Of a DNA stretch of 39,692 nt, positions 19,681 through 28,619 are shown in pieces (position 1 is the stretch's first letter; each line of letters starts with the position of its first letter). The notes below the pieces were generated by a model. That model worked only from the letters and a program-made list of their open reading frames with translations. It did not search any database and was not told where the DNA came from. The DNA lies in contig CAYFXC010000017.1 of assembly GCA_964347045.1 (NCBI GenBank), forward strand, positions 1-39,692, in the 5' to 3' direction. A program made the translations under genes and the position numbers. Source of the DNA: an uncultured archaeon. GTDB lineage: Archaea > Asgardarchaeota > Hermodarchaeia > Hermodarchaeales > Hermodarchaeaceae.

Positions 19681-20166
19681 TCATGTGTTTTTAATTTTGG
19701 GCATCGGAAGCCTGAGAATGCGGGCACGACTTTCTTTGTAGTGTCGGAGAGGACGATAGATGTAGTTGAGAACAATTACTGTGAAAATTATCCAGATGAT
19801 GAAGCTTGCGATTGTAAGGTAGCTGAGGTTCCAAAGGAAGAAGAGCCATGTGGGGGCGGAGGCTGAGAGGACAAAGAAAAGGAGGGACAAGTAATAACCG
19901 GCGCGTATGAAGGGAGTCATTGGGGGGACGTTTTTGCAGAAATAGGTCATCAGGACACTGATATGACCGACGAGGTATATGCTGAAAAGGAATAGGGCAT
20001 TGAAGAAGAGTAAGATTGCTTGTGATTGAATTGTGGTTGGAAGGGGGAGTTGAGTAAGGAGCAAAGTGAGGACTGTGAAGAGGAAGCCCGCCATAAGGCC
20101 GCCCGCACCCGAAATTCGGGATAAATAAATCAAGTAATTCGAATAATCTGGTTCTTGAGTCGGCAA
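19681..20166 (-). CDS. 4-TM membrane protein of unknown function
   Basis: Four hydrophobic segments; TTG start after ggtgagaagga. Confidence 0.7.
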   Translation of the reverse strand: MPTQEPDYSNYLIYLSRISGAGGLMAGFLFTVLTLLLTQLPLPTTIQSQAILLFFNALFLFSIYLVGHISVLMTYFCKNVPPMTPFIRAGYYLSLLFFVLSASAPTWLFFLWNLSYLTIASFIIWIIFTVIVLNYIYRPLRHYKESRARILRLPMPKIKNT

Positions 20167-20265
20167 ATCCTTCTCACCAGAGCTGCATATTCCAATGTTT
20201 GCTATTAACTATTCGAAATGCGTTAAGATTCCGTCACTATTTCACAACATGTTAGTAAAGTAACA

Positions 20266-20283
20266 TTATGTGACCCCAAATTG
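20266..20283 (+). repeat. 18-bp direct repeat, right copy
   Basis: TTATGTGACCCCAAATTG. Confidence 0.75.
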
Positions 20284-20332
20284 TGAGTCCGCCTTTTAAA
20301 GAAAGAACACTCTGCTTTTATCAGTAAAGTAC

Positions 20333-21541
20333 ATGGAGACATTTCAAATGAATGAAAAATTTCGGTTCAAGAATGAACGCGATCTCAAATTAGGTCACAT
20401 CAAAGGTGATGTGGAACTGAAAAATTGTCCACAGATTTTTCCTGAAAAAGGTGATACAATCGTTGTGGATGGACGAGTATCTATTCGAGGAGATGTAATA
20501 ATTGAAGGTTCTTTGAAAGCTGAATACCTCGAGATCGATGGTAAAAATACTTCTGAAATCCATGGAGACCTAACGGTTGCCCGATCGGTGAATGTACAGC
20601 GTGGTCAATTGACTATTTCGGGATCAGCAACCGCGAACCGAATTGATATTGGTGCTGCATTAAATGTAGGAAAAGATCTACACGCTAGCCGGGTCTCAAT
20701 TGGTGGTGCCCTAAGAGTCGGAGGCGATGCTGAAGTTGAGGAAATTCGAGTGGGAGGTGCAGTGAAGCTTGAGGGAAAAATCAATACCAATGTTCTTGAT
20801 GTTGGTGGGGCTGTTAAGTGTAATACGGGTGTAATTGGCAAAGTAAATGTTGGCGGCGCTTTCAAAGCTGACGGTGCCGTTGAAATTGGAAGTATCGATG
20901 TCGGTGGTGCCGTAGTCGTAGGTCCTAACTCTAAAATCCTCCGTATAGATGTCGGTGGCAGCTTCAAAGGTATTGGTGATGTTTCCTTTGAAGAGCTCGA
21001 TGTTGGTGGTGCTGCGAAATTCACAGGAGAGGCCAAAGGCAAATCCGTTGATGTGGGTGGTGCCGTCAAAGCCGAACTATCGCTTACTTTGACAGAAAAA
21101 TTGGATGTTGGTGGATCTGTCGAGGTTGGTACAAACCTCTTTGTTGGGGAAAAAATCGATATTGGCGGGTCATTGAGGGCTGCTAAGACGATTGAATCTC
21201 CTCGTATTGATGTTGGCGGATCAATCCGAGGTAAACATATTATCGCAGCAGATGAGTTTCGAATTGGAAGACGGGGTGAAGTTTCAGGCTTTGTTGAGGG
21301 TACTGAAATCACGGTCGAGGAAAAAGCTCGAGGAGATTCATTTCATGGTGATTCTATTCGTGTCGAAGAACGCGCTCGAGTGAAGAACCTCTATGGGCGG
21401 GAAATCTATATTGAACATGATGCAGTAGTCGAAGGTGAAGTACTTTATACAGAACGTTTGGAAGCCGAATCAGGAGTTCAATTTGGGAAACAACCTGAAC
21501 AAATCAAAAAACTTCCTAAACCTGAAGATTTAATCAAATAA
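20333..21541 (+). CDS. bactofilin-like (polymer-forming cytoskeletal) beta-helix repeat protein
   Basis: Twelve (I/V/L)x(V/I)G(G/A)(A/S) repeats at 16-18 aa spacing, ending in the IYIEHDAVVEGEVLYTE cap. Confidence 0.7.
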   Translation: METFQMNEKFRFKNERDLKLGHIKGDVELKNCPQIFPEKGDTIVVDGRVSIRGDVIIEGSLKAEYLEIDGKNTSEIHGDLTVARSVNVQRGQLTISGSATANRIDIGAALNVGKDLHASRVSIGGALRVGGDAEVEEIRVGGAVKLEGKINTNVLDVGGAVKCNTGVIGKVNVGGAFKADGAVEIGSIDVGGAVVVGPNSKILRIDVGGSFKGIGDVSFEELDVGGAAKFTGEAKGKSVDVGGAVKAELSLTLTEKLDVGGSVEVGTNLFVGEKIDIGGSLRAAKTIESPRIDVGGSIRGKHIIAADEFRIGRRGEVSGFVEGTEITVEEKARGDSFHGDSIRVEERARVKNLYGREIYIEHDAVVEGEVLYTERLEAESGVQFGKQPEQIKKLPKPEDLIK

Positions 21542-21556
21542 CTTATCCCTCAGCTC

Positions 21557-21590
21557 GGGGTTCGGGGCTCAGATATGCGCTTCGAACTCC
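21557..21590 (+). terminator. stem-loop downstream of the beta-helix gene
   Basis: GGGGTTCGGGGC pairs with GCTTCGAACTCC (12 bp including G-U), followed by T-rich sequence. Confidence 0.45.
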
Positions 21591-21717
21591 ATTAATTCTC
21601 GTTTTTCCTAGGAGCTATTACTTTCATTTCATTATTTTGGATTTCAAAGGAGAATATATGCACAAGTAATGGGATAGTACCCGTGAATCGACTCAATACT
21701 CCTTGGAGTAATAGGAT

Positions 21718-22740
21718 ATGGATGGAAAACAATCTGCAAGTCTAGGTAAGATTCAGCTTAGCCGTGAACTTGAAATTACACCTTTGGCTGCTGAAAGTCT
21801 CGGCGTGCGGAGTCTTGCTACTCATATTAAAACACTTGATACATCCATTCTCATTGATCCTGGTGTGGCTCTAGGGTTCCGTGATCAGTATCATCCGCAT
21901 CCCACAGAGTATCGCCTTCTCGAAACCCTCAGAAAACAGATTATCGCAATTGCGCAATCTGCTGATCTAATTGTAGTCTCCCATTTTCACCATGACCATT
22001 TCATGCCTTTCTTTGAAAACTATGCATATTTTTGGTCTACTCAAGATGACGCAGAATTGATGTATAGTAAGAAAAGAGTATGGTGTAAAGATATTCGAAA
22101 GCGAATCAACTATTCACAGCAGGGACGTGGCTACAATTTCATGCGCAAAGTTCGAAAGATTGCTCAAGAAGTTGTTTATGCAGATGGCAAGGCAACGAAA
22201 TCAGGAGAAACCTTGATTCGGTTCTCACCGGCAGTCCCTCATGGTGAAAGTGGAACTAAACTCGGATGGGTTATTATGACAGCCATTCGGTGTGGCAGTT
22301 TTTCTATGGTGCAGGCCTCTGATGTTCAAGGTCCGATGGTAAAGGAAACCGCTGAATGGATTATAAAGCAAAAGCCAGACGTCTTGATACTTGCAGGTCC
22401 TCCAACTTATCTCTCGCCAGAACGAGTCTCTTCTGAAGTACTTTCAAGTGCGGGTAATATTCTTGGAGCCCTCACGGAGCAAATTCCCATGACGATTGTG
22501 GATCACCACCTTTTACGAGATAAAGAGTGGTATGCATGGCTTAGTTCAATCCAGCAACGTGCTAGCAAAAAGGGGAACCAGGTAATGACTGTTGCAGAAG
22601 TGTTGGGATTAGAATATAACCTGCTTGAAGCGAATCGTAAGGACCTTTATCAAAATCAACCTCCTAGTTCCGCTTTTAAGGACTGGGTGAAGCAGATAAA
22701 GAACTCTCGAATTCGAATTCAGCCTCCAATTGAAGGTTAG
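21718..22740 (+). CDS. UPF0282 family metallo-beta-lactamase-fold hydrolase
   Basis: PLAAESLGVRS, ILIDPGVALG, SHFHHDH, AVPHG, SDVQGP, DHHLLRD. Confidence 0.85.
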   Translation: MDGKQSASLGKIQLSRELEITPLAAESLGVRSLATHIKTLDTSILIDPGVALGFRDQYHPHPTEYRLLETLRKQIIAIAQSADLIVVSHFHHDHFMPFFENYAYFWSTQDDAELMYSKKRVWCKDIRKRINYSQQGRGYNFMRKVRKIAQEVVYADGKATKSGETLIRFSPAVPHGESGTKLGWVIMTAIRCGSFSMVQASDVQGPMVKETAEWIIKQKPDVLILAGPPTYLSPERVSSEVLSSAGNILGALTEQIPMTIVDHHLLRDKEWYAWLSSIQQRASKKGNQVMTVAEVLGLEYNLLEANRKDLYQNQPPSSAFKDWVKQIKNSRIRIQPPIEG

Positions 22741-22745
22741 TTAAT

Positions 22746-23420
22746 TCAGAAGATGGTCTTTGCTGTGGGTGTGGGATTGTAGAAAGGACCATGTACTGGC
22801 AATAGCACTTCTCGGAATGCTTCAGCGTACTCACATCCACCTTGAAGGCCGCGGAGTCGGGCTTTTTGGAGATTGAAGGAAAGATAGTAATCGTCGGCTT
22901 TTTTTAGTTGGCTGTGATATTCAGAGATTGCTTGGGTTTTCAACGCAATAACCTCTGAAATATCAATTAACACAGATGGTTCTGCGAAAAGGTTATTGAT
23001 TTCCATGCTGAACAATCGTTGTGGGCGCCAGGCCTTCTGTTTGTACTGTGTAGAGTGACCTGCCCATTCCGCCGCTCGTTGGAAAGCTTGATGTACAACT
23101 TGGTGATCCGGATGATAATCTGGGGCGCTATGTGATATTATTACTTCCGGCTGAACTTGTTGGATGATTGGGATGAGGGTATTTGTCACATCTTTTACTC
23201 TAGGACTCAAATCCTTCGCTTTTAAGGCAATAACCTTCGCTCCCAGGACTTTACAAGCGGCTTTCAACTCCCGATGTCGTGCTCCAGTTCCTGTAAGACA
23301 GCAAACAGTCACATGAGACCCTTGGGAGGTTTCAAGAGCGATTGTTCCTCCACATCCAAACGTTTCATCATCGGGGTGAGCCCCGATGATTAGTAGGCGG
23401 CGAGGAGTTGATTTTGGCAT
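22746..23420 (-). CDS. bshB1: PIG-L family deacetylase, BshB1-like (GlcNAc-malate deacetylase)
   Basis: AHPDDETFGCGGT, HPDH, RLRGLQGGCEYAEAF; divergent from bshA. Confidence 0.8.
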   Translation of the reverse strand: MPKSTPRRLLIIGAHPDDETFGCGGTIALETSQGSHVTVCCLTGTGARHRELKAACKVLGAKVIALKAKDLSPRVKDVTNTLIPIIQQVQPEVIISHSAPDYHPDHQVVHQAFQRAAEWAGHSTQYKQKAWRPQRLFSMEINNLFAEPSVLIDISEVIALKTQAISEYHSQLKKADDYYLSFNLQKARLRGLQGGCEYAEAFREVLLPVHGPFYNPTPTAKTIF

Positions 23421-23535
23421 GTACTATAGTACACCGGGTTCTTTCCAAAAGGTTTGCTGGCAGGAGGTTTTTACGGTTTTTTTCTGACAAGGTAACACAT
23501 AAGGGCGTGAAAGACTGCGTCCAATGAGACTGATT

Positions 23536-24642
23536 ATGCGAATTGGTGTCACTGTTTACCCAGGCATTGGTGGATCTGGTCTTCTTGGCACTCGGTTGGG
23601 TGTCGAAATGGCCAAACGGGGTCATGAAATTCGATTTATTACTTATGAGGTTCCCTTCGAATTACAAGAAGGTCGGCACGAGAATGTCAAGGTCGACCTT
23701 GTTGACGTTTTAGAATACCCGCTCTTTCGCTATCCCCCTTATACGGTAGCTCTTGCATCTCGAATGGCACAAGTTGTCCAAAAGCACCATCTGGATCTTA
23801 TTCATGTACATTATGCCATCCCTCATGCGCTATCTGCTTTCATTGCGCAGCAAATGACTGGTGTTCCTTATGTTGTCACATTACATGGTAGTGATGTCCA
23901 CACACTTGGTGCAGATCCCTCATATCAACCTGCAACTCGTTATGCAGTCGAAGCTGCTAATGCGGTCACATGTGTTACCAAACATATCTGTCAAACAGCT
24001 GAACAAACTCTTGGAATCCGATGCTCTGTTGAACCTATCACTAATTTCACGAATACTGAAATTTTCAAACCAAATTCTTGCGAATATAATTCCGGTGATG
24101 AGAAGCGGCAATTAATCCATGTTTCAAATTTCCGTCCAATTAAGCGGGTTAGTGACTTAGTAACAGCATTCGCTCAAATTGCTGACAAAGTTCCTAATGT
24201 TGAACTCTTACTACTTGGGGATGGACCTACTCGGCCTGAAGTTGACCGGCTTATTCGGAAATTTGAGTTAAATAATCGCGTCAACTGCCCTGGGTTTAAG
24301 CGTGATGTCTATCAGTATCTTCGATGTGCTGATGTTTTTGCTTTAAGCTCTGAATTAGAAGGGGCGCCTCTCTCCCTTCTTGAAGCAATGAGCTGCGGTC
24401 TCCCAGTCGTCGTAACAGATGTGGGCGGAATCCCTGAGATTATCAAAGATGGTGAAAACGGGCTTCTCGTCCCCTTCGGAGATATTGATGCCCTCGCAGA
24501 AAAACTATATGCCGTCCTCACAGACACTTCACTTGCTGGTGAACTTGGCAGAGCGGCTCGACAATCAATCCTTGAAAATCACACACCTGAAAAGATTCTA
24601 CCACAATATGAGGCTGTATACAAAACTGTACTTCAAGAGTAA
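23536..24642 (+). CDS. bshA: N-acetylglucosaminyl-L-malate synthase BshA (GT4)
   Basis: MRIGVTVYPGIGGSG, YPLFRYPPYTVALASR, IHVHYAIPHA, TLHGSD, IHVSNFRPIKRV are BshA-characteristic motifs. Confidence 0.88.
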   Translation: MRIGVTVYPGIGGSGLLGTRLGVEMAKRGHEIRFITYEVPFELQEGRHENVKVDLVDVLEYPLFRYPPYTVALASRMAQVVQKHHLDLIHVHYAIPHALSAFIAQQMTGVPYVVTLHGSDVHTLGADPSYQPATRYAVEAANAVTCVTKHICQTAEQTLGIRCSVEPITNFTNTEIFKPNSCEYNSGDEKRQLIHVSNFRPIKRVSDLVTAFAQIADKVPNVELLLLGDGPTRPEVDRLIRKFELNNRVNCPGFKRDVYQYLRCADVFALSSELEGAPLSLLEAMSCGLPVVVTDVGGIPEIIKDGENGLLVPFGDIDALAEKLYAVLTDTSLAGELGRAARQSILENHTPEKILPQYEAVYKTVLQE

Positions 24643-24795
24643 TATCAAGTGTTTACTCTGTTTTGCCATAACGATATAGAAGGGAGGTAAATGTAGTCAG
24701 ATACTTCGTCGATCTTGGATTATTATTAGAACTTCCATTTTAGTTTGCTCGGATTTGAGCAAGTCCAATAGAAATAATCTTGCCAAGTCTCGATA

Positions 24796-26559
24796 TTACA
24801 AACCATTATCTACTAAATAAAACGTTGCTGCAGATGGAGTATATTCCTGGTAATGGGAAAGGAGTCTTGTAAAGTGGTTCTCTGGGTTTATTGACATGGC
24901 CACGTCAATCCAGATGAAACTCACTTCTTGGCCAATCCGTTCAGCGGAATAGCGACCAAACATCTGTGATAAATAAATTTGAAGTAGTTGTCGACGCCGC
25001 GTGAGAGTTCCGATAAGTGTTTGGCTTTCTTTTTTGAGTGAAGGATCAGTTATCTCACGCTGGCGAATAATCAATTCCTTCCTTTCTGTCTCCAGTTGAG
25101 ATTCTGCACTGATTAGGCGTGTTGCGGTTTCGCTGATGTGTTTTTTGCAGGCAGCAAATAAAGATTGTACAACGCCTGTATTCTTTTCTTTGTATCCGGT
25201 ATTAATTGCAGACTCTAGTCTTTGTAGTTCATCATGATTTAGCGGCGTGAGATTCCCACGCAGAAGTCGTTGAGCTGTGTGGTTTGTCCATGGGTTTTCA
25301 TAGTAAAGGCGAGTGTATCGAAAGAAAATTGGAACGACGCTATTATTTGCATGGAGGGCAGGTGAAACTTGTGCATGATAACTTGTTTCCCCAGAACCTC
25401 CAATGTGGATGATAACTGGTGTATAACTTTGCACAAGAAATGCGCGGGTGTCAACACGTGGAGAAAGATACATCTTCCAATCTTCAAGATCGGGAGCAGT
25501 TGCTTTGACCTCAATTGTATGAGTCGTGTTACATTTAGGGCACTCAGCTGAGATGATGGTATCTGTTCCTGACGAGTTCAGGCTAAGTGTAGGATCAAGG
25601 CGTGTTCGATTACAGTCTAAGCTAGGGCATTCAATATGGAACGGAACGTAATTGTCTGCTCGCCTACCTATTGCTGGTCCATATCCTTGTTGTTCAAGTT
25701 GAAGGGCGCTTCTATTGAGTGCCTGAATTAAGGTTTGTCGATTTGTTTCAGTTAGCAGATATTCAAATGCAGGTAACATCAGTTCGCGTATTGTGGGATT
25801 TGAAAATATCTGGAATAGTACACCACAATCCTGAGATAGGTTAGTAATACGCATCCAAAGAAAGGTGGTCCATTCTGAGATAGTTTGTGCTCTGTCATAG
25901 GTTGACTCCAGAAGATTTTGAATGATACCCGCTCTTTTTTCATACACACTAAGGCTTTGTTTTCTAGATCCTGCTACTAGCTCATGATACGTTGATATGA
26001 ATTTCTTAATGATTTGCTTTAGCCATTCTTTGGGTGGAAGTGGTAGAACGTGCATGGGTGACATTTTGTACTCTTTGGGAACGGGTAACGAAAAGGTAAG
26101 CCCTCGTGGTCCTGGGCTTGGCAAATGAATAACTGTCAATTCTTTCTGTTCATGATCGTGATCACCAACAAACATAACGGGTGTGGACTGTTGGATTGAG
26201 GCCACCTTTGTAATTGATGCAATTTTGTTAATAACAAAGCCTGGTCCTCCTAGGACGGCTGGTTGGTGTCCTGCTTCGATTACTGCCCCCTGGTCTTCAA
26301 GCTTTGTAAGATTCCGTTTAACCTGTGGCGTGAGCATATTGAATTTTCGATGAATGGATTTGATGGTTTTGCAAAGTAAACTAAGGCGTTCCTGAGTGAA
26401 GATGGGTTGTTTCTTGGGGTATGCGTTCATCAAGGGAGTGCTTAGGGTGATCGCTTCTTTGATGTTCCGTGGAATCGATCCCCAGAATTGAAGTGCAGAT
26501 TCATTGCCGTCAAATACATAGTCCGTATAGAGCTTACTGGGTGGGGGCTGTGGAGTCAT
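24796..26559 (-). CDS. bshC: bacillithiol cysteine-adding enzyme BshC homologue
   Basis: EAGHQPAVLGGPGFVINK, PVMFVGDHDHE, LSPRVDTR, HIGGSGETSYHAQ and a C-terminal coiled coil correspond to BshC motifs GQQ..L.GP.Y..K, EDHD, FS.NV..RP and GPGE..YW. ATG 26559 follows an aggag RBS. Confidence 0.8.
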   Translation of the reverse strand: MTPQPPPSKLYTDYVFDGNESALQFWGSIPRNIKEAITLSTPLMNAYPKKQPIFTQERLSLLCKTIKSIHRKFNMLTPQVKRNLTKLEDQGAVIEAGHQPAVLGGPGFVINKIASITKVASIQQSTPVMFVGDHDHEQKELTVIHLPSPGPRGLTFSLPVPKEYKMSPMHVLPLPPKEWLKQIIKKFISTYHELVAGSRKQSLSVYEKRAGIIQNLLESTYDRAQTISEWTTFLWMRITNLSQDCGVLFQIFSNPTIRELMLPAFEYLLTETNRQTLIQALNRSALQLEQQGYGPAIGRRADNYVPFHIECPSLDCNRTRLDPTLSLNSSGTDTIISAECPKCNTTHTIEVKATAPDLEDWKMYLSPRVDTRAFLVQSYTPVIIHIGGSGETSYHAQVSPALHANNSVVPIFFRYTRLYYENPWTNHTAQRLLRGNLTPLNHDELQRLESAINTGYKEKNTGVVQSLFAACKKHISETATRLISAESQLETERKELIIRQREITDPSLKKESQTLIGTLTRRRQLLQIYLSQMFGRYSAERIGQEVSFIWIDVAMSINPENHFTRLLSHYQEYTPSAATFYLVDNGL

Positions 26560-27775
26560 GATTTGGCTTCTCCTGTGGTTGTCGTCGAATGGTAAGTCCA
26601 ACTAGAAACGTTAGAAAACCCAGTGTGATGATGAGGGCAATTAGTGTTACCATATTAGTCACCAAGTACTCAGTATCAATAATTGGAACCGAACCAAGAG
26701 AAGACCATTCCTCTAATTCAATTCGATGGACCTGATACGAAAATAAGTTCGCTTCTTCTGTTCGTCGTTTAGCAATATAATCGCTGGTAATAATTTGCCA
26801 AAGTGTAACGAATGGCAAATTCGAGGCAAAAAGAGAATCCGTGTAGGCCCTAGCAGCATCTGTTCCCGGTTCTAATGTAAACAGATCGAAGGGTAACCAT
26901 CCCCATGGTGGTACAAATGCCATAGTCCAACCATGACCAGCGGAGTTTTGGTAATCAACATAGCGGTACGCATTCTCCTCTACAGACCCCCAAATAAAAC
27001 CACTTGTTCGTGCGCCCTCTTGAAACCAATGGCCTGTTGTTAAATAACTTGGAATATCAAAAATGCGGAGCAGAGCAATCAGAAGATTGGATTGGTCGTC
27101 GCAATCACCTCTTTGACTCACAATGGTTTCTTCAGGATATTGTGGTTCAGTAACCCCGCTTGAACGGGCAATATTACTTTGTATCCATTGGATTGTTGCA
27201 TATATTAGGGCAAGAACATTATCTTGTTGTTCTTGTGGAAGTTCTTCACGGATAAGCTGTGCAAGTTCAATGAGGCTAATATTCCATGTTTTCCATAAGG
27301 ACGTTGCCTGAATGTACAACAAGTAATCATCGGTGCCTAATAGGTCTTCAATGTCTCCAAGGCGTCCTGATTGCGCGATACCAATAAGTGGTAGCAATGG
27401 GCGTCGATTTGCTACGGTGAATAGCCATTCCTCATCCCATCTTAGGACCTCTTCCGGTGCCAGCATTGAAGTCAAATTTAGTGCTAGACGTGGGTTTCCA
27501 TCGACGTCGATACCTAACTCGGTAGGCATAATCGGGGAGTTATTTAGTGTCAGTTGGAAGGAAAGTTGTTCACTTGTTTGCCATGTTGTATTGCCAATAT
27601 AGTCCCAATATGGTGAGATTGGTAATGAATCATTTCCCGTTGGTTCGATCGATCCCGAGAAATGAACTCGCCAAAAGTGAACGTAGTTAAAAGCTGAAAC
27701 GCTGGGGGGGAGGGGCACAACGACTAAGAAAAGAAGGAAGACAATTATAAAGAGCCATACGCGGTTATTGCGCAT
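26534..27775 (-). CDS. secreted, membrane-anchored transglutaminase-like (Cys-His-Asp) protein
   Basis: Signal peptide, GDCDDQSNLLIALLR, GHGW..FVPPWGWLPFD, C-terminal TM helix. Confidence 0.85.
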   Translation of the reverse strand: MRNNRVWLFIIVFLLFLVVVPLPPSVSAFNYVHFWRVHFSGSIEPTGNDSLPISPYWDYIGNTTWQTSEQLSFQLTLNNSPIMPTELGIDVDGNPRLALNLTSMLAPEEVLRWDEEWLFTVANRRPLLPLIGIAQSGRLGDIEDLLGTDDYLLYIQATSLWKTWNISLIELAQLIREELPQEQQDNVLALIYATIQWIQSNIARSSGVTEPQYPEETIVSQRGDCDDQSNLLIALLRIFDIPSYLTTGHWFQEGARTSGFIWGSVEENAYRYVDYQNSAGHGWTMAFVPPWGWLPFDLFTLEPGTDAARAYTDSLFASNLPFVTLWQIITSDYIAKRRTEEANLFSYQVHRIELEEWSSLGSVPIIDTEYLVTNMVTLIALIITLGFLTFLVGLTIRRQPQEKPNHDSTAPTQ

Positions 27776-28017
27776 ACCTACCAGCCTTGCCCCACTCTTA
27801 CTAGCATGAAATCTAATGATATAAGCTCTCTCCTTTTACTTACTCTTTCAGTGTGTTTCATTTGGATTAAGTTCTTTTTGAAGCATTCTTCTGGTATTAC
27901 CAGTACTTTTTAACAAGAAAGTGGAAAGAATAGGAACACACCTGATGTTTTGAGGGATGCCAATCTTGGGTCCAAAGGTGTAACCTACTTGCTGGTTATT
28001 CCTTTCAGAGAGGAGCC

Positions 28018-28548
28018 ATGCGGCTAACCTTAAAATTCCATGGACTGGGCGAGGATATCGACATGAAATTAGGCGAAGTAGCTAGGCACGTTATTGCCTT
28101 TTTACGAGATCATCCAGAACAAGAATATACGGCCAACACGCTCCTTATGCATCTAGGCTTGCCATTACAGGAAAAACGAAGACTTTATGATGTTATTGAA
28201 GTTCTTTGTTGTGCTGGATTGGTTAATATTCGTAAGGAAGCTCGTAAACGTTATTTCAATTGGAAACCACAACTTGTCATGGCCACATCAGAAACATCGG
28301 AAATGGATATTGCCCCCGATCCTCTTTTCCAAGAAGCTGGAACTATTTTGCACCTTCTGCTTCATCTAGGTCCTGGTGCATTTCAGGAACTGAGTAACGA
28401 TTCCGCGGTTAAAATGCTGGAACGCGATGTTAAGCGAACTATTTGGGGGGCAAATGCAGTTAGTGTGGTGAGAGTTTCACTCCAAAATAGGGAAGGTCGG
28501 ATTTTAAAAGAGACCTCAACTGGAGAGGCAACCACAGCGGCATATTAG
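28018..28548 (+). CDS. E2F/DP-like winged-helix DNA-binding protein
   Basis: KLGEVARHVIAFL...EKRRLYDVIEVLCCAGLVNIRKEARKRYFNWK parallels the E2F DBD consensus SLG.L...F..LL...KRRIYDI.NVLEG.GLI.K..KN.I.W; aggag RBS. Confidence 0.72.
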   Translation: MRLTLKFHGLGEDIDMKLGEVARHVIAFLRDHPEQEYTANTLLMHLGLPLQEKRRLYDVIEVLCCAGLVNIRKEARKRYFNWKPQLVMATSETSEMDIAPDPLFQEAGTILHLLLHLGPGAFQELSNDSAVKMLERDVKRTIWGANAVSVVRVSLQNREGRILKETSTGEATTAAY

Positions 28549-28619
28549 ATGCCTAATCCAGTTGTTTCCGTCTGTAGAGATAGTGGCAACCAACATGATG
28601 GACCTATTTCGCAATAAAA

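Noticed and set aside
20605-21312. 235-aa - strand ORF with APPTS repeats
   Set aside because: Antisense shadow of the DVGG repeats.
21557-21590. tRNA fragment (GGTTCG motif)
   Set aside because: No cloverleaf can be formed; it is a simple hairpin.
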